Positions 1-8,971 of a DNA stretch of 64,000 nt are shown in pieces; position 1 is the stretch's first letter, and every line of letters begins with the position of its first letter. This stretch comes from Planctomycetota bacterium (GTDB lineage Bacteria; Planctomycetota; Planctomycetia; Planctomycetales; Planctomycetaceae). The notes under the pieces are model-generated. The model was not told the origin of the DNA and did no database searches. It saw only the letters and a program-made list of their open reading frames with translations. The translations under genes and the position numbers were made by a program. Location: the NCBI GenBank assembly GCA_039796955.1, contig JBDKIW010000227.1, forward strand, positions 5,405-69,404, given 5' to 3'.

Positions 1-207
1 GCAGGATAGGTGGTTCTCCGGGAAACATCCAGGCGGAATTCCGGCAGTGCCTGCTGCCGACGCCCTCGTGCCGGGTGCGGGAGCAGACTCCGATATTCGG
101 GAACACTCCCGGGGCTATCCAGGCACCTGGGAAAGATTTCCGGGGCGAAGCTGGAAAGACACGTATACTGTTTCGCCGGATTTTCGATTCATTTGAGAGC
201 GGTGTGG

Positions 208-240
208 GCTGAATTCCCGGGGACTCGTCGGGAATTCAGC
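208..240. repeat. Perfect 12-bp inverted repeat (gctgaattcccg / cgggaattcagc) with a 9-nt loop
   Basis: Read directly from the sequence. No U-tract follows. It lies about 215 nt upstream of the 454 start codon. Confidence 0.6.
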
Positions 241-453
241 AGCGGACTTGAATCCCTGAGACGGGTTGTGAATGATCCGTTCATTAAATGTCGGGGGCCA
301 GTGATAGCCTCTGCCGTGTCGACTGTCGAAACAGGATTCTGCGACACACGAATGTTTCCCGTGAAGCATCATGGATGCTCGGGTGCGAAATCTTCCTGCA
401 CCTTATGGATGGGTGTATCGAGACCAGTGACTGTTTCTGAGAAAGTCGATGTC

Positions 454-2181
454 ATGAATTCTGAATCCACGCCCGCTTCCACGGACGCTCAGGCACTGCA
501 GGTTGTCTCACCCTCGTTGCATCGGGGGCGGCGCCCCGTCTATCCACTTGCTGTCACGGTGCTCGCCTGCCTCGCGATCGTGCTGAGTCATCGTTACGTC
601 AGTGAAATTGAAGATGCCATTCATCTGGGGCTGGATGTCATCATGATGGCCACGCTGGCTGCTGTCTTTGGCCTGTTGTTGATGTGGCTGATCTGGTTTC
701 TGTTTCGCAGCCGCTGGCAGTGGCGTAATCGGTTGATCGCGTCTTTCCTGCTGTTGCTGCTCCCGGTGATGTTCTTTCGCGTATTCCGACCGATTCACGG
801 TGGAGACACGAACGTTGTTCGCTTCGAGCCTGTCTGGACGGTGAAAACAAAACCACTTCCCGATATGGCCGTGGTTAAGGCTGAACCGCAGCTTGATCTG
901 CTGACTGAAACGGTTGACGACTTTCCCCGATTTCTGGGTACAGACCAGGTGGGGCGTGTGAACGCAGAGCTAATCACTGATGATCTGCCGGGGCAGATCC
1001 GCGTCGTCTGGAAGCAGCCTGTGGGTGAGGGCTGGAGCGGTTTTGTTTCCAGGAATGGCTACGCCGTCACGATGGAGCAGCGCGGCAATCTGGAATGCGT
1101 CACTTGTTATGAGGTGGCGACTGGTCAGTTGCAGTGGGTGTATGAATTTTCCGCCAGGCATCTGGACACGATGAAGCTGGGCCGCATCGGTCCGCGTTCG
1201 ACGCCGACAATTCATCGAGGGCTGGTCTACGCAGTTGGGGCTGTGGGAAACCTCGTCTGCCTGAATGGAAATGATGGATCCGTCGTCTGGCAGCACGACC
1301 TCAACGAAACACTCGGAATTACGCTCGGCGAATCTACAGACAGCGATGGACTGATTACACGTTACGAGTCCAACACGACGCTGGCCTGGGGACGATCCGC
1401 CGCCCCTTTGATCGTCGATGACACAGTTGTCATCTGCGGTGGTGGTCCTGCGGGAGCGAAACGTGCCACACTGCTGGCGTTTGATCTGGCAACCGGTACG
1501 CTTCGCTGGAAAGGCGGCAATGAAATGATTGCCTACGGATCCCCGATCCTCACGGATATCGCCGGAACCCGTCAGATTCTGTTGACCGCGGAAACTCAGG
1601 TGATGGGGTTTGAGCCGGGCACTGGCAAGGTGCTGTGGACATTTTCCCGGCCGGGGCAGTCCGATGGAGCGGCCAATACCTCTCAGGTCCTGCCAATCTC
1701 AGAAACTGATATTCTGGTCAGCAAGGGATATCCGGACGGTGGAGGAGATCGAATTCATCTTGAACAGAAGGATGGTGCCTGGACTGCCAGCGGTGTCTGG
1801 AACAGTAGTCGCGTCCTGAAGACAAAACTCACCAGTCCCGTTATCTCCGATGACCACGCGTACTGCATCTCCAATGGTTTCATGGAATGTGTCAGGCTTT
1901 CTGATGGAGAACAAAAATGGAAGCGGCGTGGCCGATTCGGACATGGTCAACTTCTGCTGGTGGGGAAAATCCTGTTGGTGCACAGCGAAGAGGGCGAGTT
2001 GTTTCTGCTGGATGCGAACCCCAACGAATATCGCGAATTGGCAGTCATTCGGACGATCAGCGGCGTGTGCTGGAACAACCTGTGCCTTGCCGGAAAATAT
2101 CTGCTGGTAAGAAGTGAACTGGAAGCCGCCTGCCTGGAGCTGCCACTGAAGCCACTTCCCTCGTTGGCGGAAAATCCGTAG
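454..2181 (+). CDS. Membrane-anchored PQQ-like/BamB-like beta-propeller repeat protein
   Basis: Part of ORF 10..2181. The first ATG with a plausible N-terminus is at 454 (MNSESTP). Three hydrophobic segments are followed by repeated propeller-like blades (LQWVYEF, VVWQHDL, LRWKGG, VLWTFS, QKWKRR). The start is uncertain. Confidence 0.6.
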   Translation: MNSESTPASTDAQALQVVSPSLHRGRRPVYPLAVTVLACLAIVLSHRYVSEIEDAIHLGLDVIMMATLAAVFGLLLMWLIWFLFRSRWQWRNRLIASFLLLLLPVMFFRVFRPIHGGDTNVVRFEPVWTVKTKPLPDMAVVKAEPQLDLLTETVDDFPRFLGTDQVGRVNAELITDDLPGQIRVVWKQPVGEGWSGFVSRNGYAVTMEQRGNLECVTCYEVATGQLQWVYEFSARHLDTMKLGRIGPRSTPTIHRGLVYAVGAVGNLVCLNGNDGSVVWQHDLNETLGITLGESTDSDGLITRYESNTTLAWGRSAAPLIVDDTVVICGGGPAGAKRATLLAFDLATGTLRWKGGNEMIAYGSPILTDIAGTRQILLTAETQVMGFEPGTGKVLWTFSRPGQSDGAANTSQVLPISETDILVSKGYPDGGGDRIHLEQKDGAWTASGVWNSSRVLKTKLTSPVISDDHAYCISNGFMECVRLSDGEQKWKRRGRFGHGQLLLVGKILLVHSEEGELFLLDANPNEYRELAVIRTISGVCWNNLCLAGKYLLVRSELEAACLELPLKPLPSLAENP

Positions 2182-2344
2182 GTTCGCTGGCGTCCTCAGG
2201 AAGAGCCGTCGGCATTTCTGTCGCAGCGTTCACGACGCGTCGGAACCAGCGCTTTCAGCAGGCATTGATCCTCGGTTGTCCTGCAGCCTGACCGGGAAAT
2301 GGCCTGTCTGCCGTACAGCCCGCAGCCCTGCCAGCGATGGGCCT

Positions 2345-2926
2345 TCAGAAGTGGTTTGGAGATGAAACGTTGGCGTTCGATGTGGATGTCAACGTTTCAG
2401 CCGCCGTCGGGAAATCGCGATCTGCTGATTCCGGCGGAGCAGCAGCGGACAATGCACATGAGTCCATGGCGGTGATGTTTCCGGCCTGAGCGAGACGATC
2501 GAATTCCTGATGGTCAAAGGCGGCCGCAGAAAGCACCATCATCCCGAAACCCGAACCAATCAGCAGGACGCTGAAGATCATCAGACTGCTCAGGAGTAGT
2601 GTGGAAAGATCTCCGGCGAATCGACGCAACTGCACGAGGCCAAAGGCAATGCACAGGACGATTCCCATGCCGGTTGCAGATGAAACCATGCCAAGAAGAA
2701 ATGGACCTCGGCGAGTTCGTTTTGGGGCTTGCGCGGCCGAAACAGTATCCCGCAGATAGTCCCGATCTCCCGATACGGAATGCGACGACCTACCGATACC
2801 GGTGAAGATGGCCGCTTCCGGGAGATCCTCGAGGGGCTGGCTCACATCGGGGAGTTCTACCCGCTGACTGTCTTGTTTCCCGATAGACTGGGATGGCGGG
2901 AGCTTGTCGTCAAATTGACGTGTCAT
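2345..2926 (-). CDS. Hypothetical membrane protein (two predicted TM helices)
   Basis: 193-aa ORF with two clear hydrophobic helices (FLLGMVSSATGMGIVLCIAFGLV, LLSSLMIFSVLLIGSGFGMMVL). No recognisable family motif. Confidence 0.45.
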   Translation of the reverse strand: MTRQFDDKLPPSQSIGKQDSQRVELPDVSQPLEDLPEAAIFTGIGRSSHSVSGDRDYLRDTVSAAQAPKRTRRGPFLLGMVSSATGMGIVLCIAFGLVQLRRFAGDLSTLLLSSLMIFSVLLIGSGFGMMVLSAAAFDHQEFDRLAQAGNITAMDSCALSAAAPPESADRDFPTAAETLTSTSNANVSSPNHF

Positions 2927-3160
2927 AGTGCGTCCAGAAAGGCCGTCGGCAGTGAAATCCCTTGAGATCCTGGAACTGCAGAAGTCCTTGAAACTTCTGA
3001 ACAGGAACCAGGTCCCGAGGGAACCGCTATCTGCCCTGAAACGCTGATCAGCGTGGCTGGATCAAAAAATTCGATCTTATTGCCGTTTTTTATTCCGGGT
3101 GGTCAGTCTTAGCAGTCACGCGCGCCCATGGCGGCATCAAAGTCCGCTCGCGCTGTGGTG

Positions 3161-3760
3161 CTACTGGAGGTCTTCATCCTGCGGATAGACTGGGTGCAGA
3201 CCAAGCGATTCGAGAATACACTTTTCCCGGGATCGCATGACGGCTTTTTCCGGTGCCGTCAGGTCGTCATAGCCGCAAATGTGCAGCAATCCGTGGACAA
3301 CGTAAAGCAGTAATTCGCTGGCAGTGCTCCAGTGTCCCTCCGCTGCCATCTGGTCGGCCATCTCTGCACTGGCGATAATCTCACCTTCGATGAAGGCACC
3401 ACACGCAGGACGCGGGTCAGTGACCTCGTTCGTCGGCTCTGATCTCTCATGTTCGACGTCAGGGAAGCCGCTGTAGTCCGGGCGATCCGGGGCCTCGTCA
3501 TCTGCTTCGTATTCTTCCGTGGCGTCCTCCGGCAGGCCGTCTTTGGAAAAATCGAGCTGAAAGCTGATCACATCAGTTGGATAGTCGTGCTGCAGATGCT
3601 CGCGATTGACCTCGTGTATCGTTGGATTGTCGACGATGGAAACACTGAGCACCGCTGACTGAACGGCCTCAAGTTTCAACGCGACCAGCACAGCCTTCCG
3701 CAACTGCTCAGTATCGACAGGAATCAGGTCCTGCTGGTTGCTGATATCAATCTCAAACAT
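3161..3760 (-). CDS. ybeY: rRNA maturation endoribonuclease YbeY, with an acidic insertion
   Basis: The C-terminal motif VVHGLLHICGYDD matches the YbeY metal-binding signature H-G-x-L-H-x-x-G-Y-D-(H). The N-terminal ISNQQD..VD..L region is typical of UPF0054. Confidence 0.85.
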   Translation of the reverse strand: MFEIDISNQQDLIPVDTEQLRKAVLVALKLEAVQSAVLSVSIVDNPTIHEVNREHLQHDYPTDVISFQLDFSKDGLPEDATEEYEADDEAPDRPDYSGFPDVEHERSEPTNEVTDPRPACGAFIEGEIIASAEMADQMAAEGHWSTASELLLYVVHGLLHICGYDDLTAPEKAVMRSREKCILESLGLHPVYPQDEDLQ

Positions 3761-3957
3761 AGCGACTTCTGTTGGACTGCCAGCTTTGGCATGACGCCGG
3801 GCGGCGTTGAGTGTGAAAAAACAGTTTTTCCGCAGACCCGGGCCTTTACGCCTTCAGGAGACGGCAGGAATGCGAGGAATCCCTTGAAAGTGCAGGGAGA
3901 GACCGGAGTTGGGGATAAGCCGGCAACTCCGGTTCCTGCACTCAATCGCCGGATGAG

Positions 3958-5730
3958 TCACCGACTGGAATTTCGGACTTTCTCCTGATGTTCCCGGTCC
4001 ATTTCACCACTCTTCAGCTTTGCCCAGTAAGACTGCAGATCGGCTTTGACCTTACCTGACAACAGGAACAGTCCCAGCATATTGGGCAGCATCATACCGA
4101 AGATCATCAGGTCTCCGAATTCCATCACATTCCTGGCAGAAACGACAGACCCGAGAAAAGTGAAGACAAGGAAGATGATCCGGTAGATCATGGACGCCCC
4201 TTCGCCAAATAGGTACGCCCAGCAACGTTCGCCGTAGTACGACCAGGAAATCATTGTGCTGTACGCGAACATGAAGGTGGCAAATGCCAGAACGTACTTG
4301 AAGTAGGGGATCTGACTGTCCATGGCCACCGAGGTCAGTGCGGCCCCCTTGATATCGATGGCAACGCCATTTTCGTCCAGCGTATACTGCGCCTTGAATT
4401 CGGCGGGGAATTCCGGGTTTTTGTAGTCGTATGCCCCCGTAACCACGATGACCAGGGCTGTCATTGTGCAGACAACGATGGTGTCCACGAATGGCTCAAG
4501 CAGAGAGACAATTCCCTCCCGAATCGGATAATCGGTCTTTGCTGCTGCATGCGCGATCGCCGCTGATCCTACCCCGGCTTCGTTGGAAAACGCAGCCCGC
4601 TTGAACCCCCACACCAGCACTCCCACAAACCCACCACGGTAGGCGTCCGGATTGAAAGCTGACGAAAAAATAGTAGCCAGTGCAGCGGGTACTTCAGAGT
4701 AGTTCTTCAGGAGGATCAGCAATCCGGCGAGCACATAAACGCTGCACATGATTGGCACGATCTTATCAGCAGTGGAGGCAATGCGTTTGATGCCTCCGAT
4801 GATCACAATGGCGGTCAGGACCAGCATAATCAGCCCATAAACCCACGGATTCTTATTGAAGAACGGAATCGTCTGACCCACAGTGGCCAGACTTCCGTTG
4901 ACCTGATAAGAATTTCCTCCGGCAAAGGAACCACCAATGCAAAGCAATGCGAAAGCAACTGCAAATACTTTCCCGAGAGGGGCCAGGCCAAGCTCAGCAA
5001 GGCCACGCGACAAATAGTACATCGCTCCGCCCATGATGCTTCCATCCGGACGCACTTCCCGGTATTTCTGGCCAAGCGTGCACTCCACAAACTTGGAGGA
5101 CATCCCCAGAAAACCAGCCAGCACCATCCAGAAAGCAGCGCCAGGACCGCCGATTGCAATGGCAGTTGTCACACCAGCGATATTGCCGAGACCTACGGTT
5201 GCTGAGAGTGCTGTCGTCAGCGCCTGAAAGTGGCTGACATCACCTGTGGCGTTCGCGTTGTCATACTTGCCTGCAATCACATCAATGGAGTGTCGAAAGC
5301 CACGCAGATTGATAAAGCCCATGTAGAACGTGAAAAAAGCTGCACCCAGGACAAGAATCAGCACCGCAAACTGAATCTTGTTTCCGCCTCCCAGGGGAAT
5401 GGGGAAAAAGATCACGCCGCCAACGTGCCCGTTCACAGCTTCAAAATACTTGTCCACAGGCTCCAGTTCCTTGTTGATGAGCGCAAACAAGTCGCCTGGC
5501 TTTTCTGCGACTATGGATGCCGCGGCCTCGGCTTTCCCGGACGCTGAGGCGGTATCCTGCTTCTGAGAATCAACAGCAGGCGAGGCCGCATCGTCAGACA
5601 CCGCCGCTGTTGTCTCGGTCGCCACATCAGGTGGAGAAGCTTCCTGGGCTGGACACGTGTTTACGAGGATGCCCAACAGCAGCAGAATGCCTGGGATAAA
5701 TCGAGGAGTAGGGAAATGTTTCGGGACCAT
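3958..5730 (-). CDS. Alanine/glycine:cation symporter (AGCS family)
   Basis: Motifs ALSATVGLGNIAGV, GGPGAAFWM and FSNEAGVGSAAIAHAAA plus many TM helices are typical of AGCS. The start is placed at ATG 5730 (MVPKHFP, signal-like segment). The ORF extension to 5961 does not look like protein. Confidence 0.85.
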   Translation of the reverse strand: MVPKHFPTPRFIPGILLLLGILVNTCPAQEASPPDVATETTAAVSDDAASPAVDSQKQDTASASGKAEAAASIVAEKPGDLFALINKELEPVDKYFEAVNGHVGGVIFFPIPLGGGNKIQFAVLILVLGAAFFTFYMGFINLRGFRHSIDVIAGKYDNANATGDVSHFQALTTALSATVGLGNIAGVTTAIAIGGPGAAFWMVLAGFLGMSSKFVECTLGQKYREVRPDGSIMGGAMYYLSRGLAELGLAPLGKVFAVAFALLCIGGSFAGGNSYQVNGSLATVGQTIPFFNKNPWVYGLIMLVLTAIVIIGGIKRIASTADKIVPIMCSVYVLAGLLILLKNYSEVPAALATIFSSAFNPDAYRGGFVGVLVWGFKRAAFSNEAGVGSAAIAHAAAKTDYPIREGIVSLLEPFVDTIVVCTMTALVIVVTGAYDYKNPEFPAEFKAQYTLDENGVAIDIKGAALTSVAMDSQIPYFKYVLAFATFMFAYSTMISWSYYGERCWAYLFGEGASMIYRIIFLVFTFLGSVVSARNVMEFGDLMIFGMMLPNMLGLFLLSGKVKADLQSYWAKLKSGEMDREHQEKVRNSSR

Positions 5731-5878
5731 GTCGAAAATCTCGAATGTGTTGTGATGCGGATGATCTGGTACAGGGTGGTGGTGAACGGCAGGTAGCCTG
5801 AGGTTGAAATGACGTGCTGAGGAATGATCTGCGAACGCGAGACGTTCCTGGACTGAGAGGACCCCAGATATGGTTTCA

Positions 5879-5911
5879 TAAAAAATCGGTGCACGACGAA
5901 GCGACACCGAT
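5879..5911 (-). terminator. Terminator-like hairpin plus U-tract inside the leader of the AGCS symporter gene
   Basis: On the minus strand the sequence reads atcggtg-N13-caccgat followed by ttttt. It lies about 150 nt upstream of the 5730 start. The stem is only 7 bp plus a few inner pairs. Confidence 0.3.
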
Positions 5912-7047
5912 ACAAATGGAAACACGTGGCACACTGTTCGAGGAGGCTTGAGGCAAACCATAAATGGAAGTCTCGTCTGCGTTCAGGATGTTGCAGGAGT
6001 CTTCACAAAAAGTCTTGGCAGGTGGGGAAATTCGTTGTGGTCTCCCCTTCGGATGATTCCTTCCTGCGGGAGCGTCCTTGCCAGGACCCAGCGCAGACAA
6101 ATCCCCAGTGTGGTTCTGTTAAGCAGGATAACCAGAAAAAAACCGAACACAAAACAGACTCTCACCCTCAACCGCATGAAAACACGAAAAAACTGCGAAT
6201 TTTCAGTTTGCCGGGAAACCCCTGCGGCGAGTGCGGACATGTAAGAGGCCCCCCGACGGCATCATGTGGACTCCACCTGTTCTGCGCCGCTCATGAGATT
6301 CAGCAGGCCCTGACGCGAACCGCAGGCGATCAGTTGGTCCCCCGCGGTGATTGCGGAAGTTTGAGCGTGCGAACTGTAGCCCTTGAATGTCTTACGGCTG
6401 CTGGGTGCGCAAAGCGATAACAAGGGTGAGTCATTCTGATGACAGCGACGCCAGTTCCCAACCAGAAGGGGGGATGGAGGCAGAAACCTCCGAACTTTTT
6501 TTGTAAATCCGGTGTCTCGATTTGTGGAACTTACAAAGGAAACTCAGCCTGACCGGCAACATTCCCCCTGGAAGCGCTTTCAAAGCGAGCGGAAAGTGCA
6601 AGTTTAACGGGGTATTTCTCAGTAGGAGCACCTCATGACTGGTGGGAAGACAGCGAAAACGCCTCCAGGTAACGGCAGAACCGGTCTGCCACGGAGCGGC
6701 TCTGGCCGTTTTTGCTGAAACAGGAGACCAGTGGGCTGGCGTATTCTGACTGGTTGCCGTTGCTCGGTTTGTTTTTGGGCAAAGCGGCGCGGTAGTTGCT
6801 GATCCCGGAATTGTGTGGTGGACTGTAGCAAATTGAGCCAGAAGTCGACGCGAGTTGCGAGCGACTGTGCGGAATCAGCCTCGAACAGGGGCTTCGCTAA
6901 GCGGGTGATGAGCGGCGGTTTTTAAGAGTTTCAAGCGGAATCCGGAAACGCTCGGCAGAAAATTACAGTTGAATGGCCTTTGTGGATAGGCCGCGGCAGC
7001 GGGCGTGAAACTTCCGGGGGGCAATGGATCCAGAAAAGGGGTGAACC

Positions 7048-8175
7048 ATGGTCAGTGCAGCCAGGACCGAAGAATCGCTCTCATATGCTCCGTTGTTTGG
7101 AACAGCCATGAGGGACATTGGCAGGGTTGGCAAACACATGGGGGGCTTGATCAGCGGCTCCGTGGGCGCCAGCGATGAGCAGGTCCGGGTAGACCGAGAT
7201 CAGCAGATCCTTGATCGACACCTGGCAGGGGAGAGCGTGTCTTCGTTGGCCATCGCGTTCTCACTCAGCAAGCCTGCGGTGCACGCGGCACTTATGGCAG
7301 CACGAGTGCAGAGGATTCATGTGTTCAATGCGGATTTCATCGATAGCGCTGAATTCCACCAGGAACGTGCTGAATGGCGGATTTGTGGCCCGGAGCCCGT
7401 TTTGTCGATTCCGGAAGACGACAGGCCGGTTCGGGTCCCAACGGGGTTGCCTGCCTACCTCGTTGAGTTGTACAAGGTTCCACTGCTGACGCGTGAGCAG
7501 GAACAATACTTCTTTCGCAGGCTGAATTTCCGGAAGTTTCAGTTCACACGGCTGCGTGACGAGCTTCGGAAGGGGCGTCCCACGTCACGCTCCGTGAAAA
7601 AACTGGAGCAGCTGATGGAGGACATTAGGCGTCTCAAGGCGCTCCTGATCAAGTCGAACCTGCGACTGGTTGTGTCAATCGCCAAAAAATACCTGAAAGC
7701 TGGTGTTGGCTTCTTCGAGCTGGTCAGCGATGGCAACGTCTCGCTGATGCGCGCGGTCGAAAAATTCGACTATTCCCGTGGCAACAAGTTTTCGACTTAT
7801 GCTTCCTGGGCGATCCTCAAAAACTTCACCCGCACGGTTCCCGCCGAGAATAAGCGTCTGGAGCGTTTTCGAACGGGGCAGGAAGAGGTGTTCGCAGCCT
7901 CATCTGATAGCCGCGCGTCATTCCTCGATGACGAAACCCTGCATCGTTCGCAGCGTGATGCGATCCGGGCGATGCTGGGGGAACTGGACGGTCGCGAGCA
8001 AAAGGTCATTGCCTTCCGATTTGGATTGGAAGAGGGAGTCGAACCGGAAACGCTCGAGCAGGTTGGCTGGAGGCTGGGTGTAACCAAGGAGCGAGTGAGG
8101 CAAATTGAGGTGCGGACACTGGAGAAGCTGCGTCGAATTGCTGAGCGCCGGGCGTTCGAGATTCCCGGATTCTAG
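7048..8175 (+). CDS. RNA polymerase sigma factor, sigma-70 family with regions 1.2/2/3/4 (RpoD/RpoS-like group)
   Basis: YLVELYKVPLLTREQE (region 1.2), NLRLVVSIAKKY..FELVSDGNVSLMRAVEKFDYSRGNKFSTYASWAI (region 2) and LEQVGWRLGVTKERVRQIEVRTLEKLR (region 4.2). Confidence 0.8.
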   Translation: MVSAARTEESLSYAPLFGTAMRDIGRVGKHMGGLISGSVGASDEQVRVDRDQQILDRHLAGESVSSLAIAFSLSKPAVHAALMAARVQRIHVFNADFIDSAEFHQERAEWRICGPEPVLSIPEDDRPVRVPTGLPAYLVELYKVPLLTREQEQYFFRRLNFRKFQFTRLRDELRKGRPTSRSVKKLEQLMEDIRRLKALLIKSNLRLVVSIAKKYLKAGVGFFELVSDGNVSLMRAVEKFDYSRGNKFSTYASWAILKNFTRTVPAENKRLERFRTGQEEVFAASSDSRASFLDDETLHRSQRDAIRAMLGELDGREQKVIAFRFGLEEGVEPETLEQVGWRLGVTKERVRQIEVRTLEKLRRIAERRAFEIPGF

Positions 8176-8352
8176 AATTCGGGCTCAACTTTGTCCGGCC
8201 ACGGACCGAATGAACGGAAGATTTTCCGGGTCAGTCTTGCTTTCCCAGAGGGCAGGGCTCAAAATCGCGTCAAAATCGGGAGAAGGAACAGCGGCTACTG
8301 GCTGTTTGCGCCCGCAAAAATGCTCGATCTTGGGACCTTTTCCGGAACGGCC

Positions 8353-8380
8353 TTGCGATTTGTCGCGCAGTTGTTATACT
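8353..8380 (+). promoter_or_regulatory. Candidate sigma-70 promoter for the tRNA-tuf operon
   Basis: ttgcga, 16-nt spacer, tatact, followed by a GC-rich discriminator (ccgcgacccgcc). It lies about 28 nt upstream of the first tRNA. Confidence 0.4.
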
Positions 8381-8408
8381 CCGCGACCCGCCTCCGGGCT
8401 CGTTTTGC

Positions 8409-8481
8409 GCTAGTGTAGCTCAATTGGCAGAGTTCCGGTTTTGTAAACCGGCGGTTGTGGGTTCGATTCCCACCGCTAGCT
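8409..8481 (+). tRNA. tRNA-Thr (anticodon TGT)
   Basis: Hand-folded cloverleaf. The 7-bp acceptor is gctagtg/cgctagc, the T-arm is gtggg-ttcgatt-cccac and the anticodon loop is ttTGTaa. Confidence 0.9.
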
Positions 8482-8514
8482 CTTGATGTTTTGATCAGGT
8501 TTTTGTGTGTTCCG

Positions 8515-8597
8515 GGGGGAATACCTAAGCGGCCAAAGGGGCCAGACTGTAAATCTGGTGGCTTATGCCTTCACAGGTTCGAATCCTGTTTCCCCCA
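8515..8597 (+). tRNA. tRNA-Tyr (anticodon GTA), long variable arm
   Basis: The acceptor is gggggaa/ttccccc and the anticodon stem-loop is ccaga-ctGTAaa-tctgg. The D-loop agcggccaaa resembles E. coli tRNA-Tyr. Confidence 0.9.
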
Positions 8598-8625
8598 GTG
8601 TTGATCTTGTTGTTGGGTGTGTGAT

Positions 8626-8696
<71 letters not shown>

Positions 8697-8710
8697 CTTC
8701 GGGTAAGACT

Positions 8711-8770
8711 TTGGTTCAGTGCTGTTTGGTTGAATACTGATTGGTTGAATACTGATTGATTGAAACGCGT
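8711..8770 (+). repeat. Short tandem repeat with a 15-nt unit (ttggttgaatactga) in a tRNA spacer
   Basis: Two exact copies at 8726-8740 and 8741-8755, flanked by degenerate copies (ttggttcagtgctgt and ttgattgaaacgcgt). Confidence 0.6.
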
Positions 8771-8775
8771 AGACT

Positions 8776-8848
8776 GCTGCTGTAGCTCAGTTGGTAGAGT
8801 GCGTCCTTGGTAAGGACGAGGTCATGGGTTCAAATCCCATCAGCAGCT
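8776..8848 (+). tRNA. tRNA-Thr (anticodon GGT)
   Basis: The acceptor is gctgctg/cagcagc, the anticodon stem-loop is cgtcc-ttGGTaa-ggacg and the T-loop is ttcaaat. Confidence 0.9.
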
Positions 8849-8971
8849 TTTCTGCGAAAGAATGGTTAAGTGGTGATGGTTTGGTGCCCTGTGTAGGGGT
8901 GCCGTCCCTTTGAGTTGTGGTTCTGCCGGGGTTGGGTGTTTTCCGGCGAAGATTGATCTGGAGTTGGGTTA

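Noticed and set aside
10-453. N-terminal extension of ORF 10..2181. Similar extensions occur at 5731..5961, 52609..52884, 26300..26362 and 23696..23725.
   Set aside because: The extensions are Arg/Cys/Ser-rich and not protein-like. Canonical N-termini or signal or TM segments begin at the internal starts I chose.
5990-6100. Possible glycine riboswitch aptamer upstream of the AGCS symporter
   Set aside because: Only fragments resembling CCGAAGGGG and CAGGCAAAAGGAC are visible. I could not identify the GGAGAG junction or the P2 hairpin, and the order does not fit one complete aptamer. I kept it only as a hypothesis inside the leader finding.
5926-6420. 164-aa ORF, with neighbouring small ORFs 5983..6240 (minus), 6431..6631 and 6619..6831
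   Set aside because: Their composition is Cys/Arg/His/Pro-rich, they overlap one another on both strands, and no motif or RBS is evident. I treated the area as non-coding leader or spacer.
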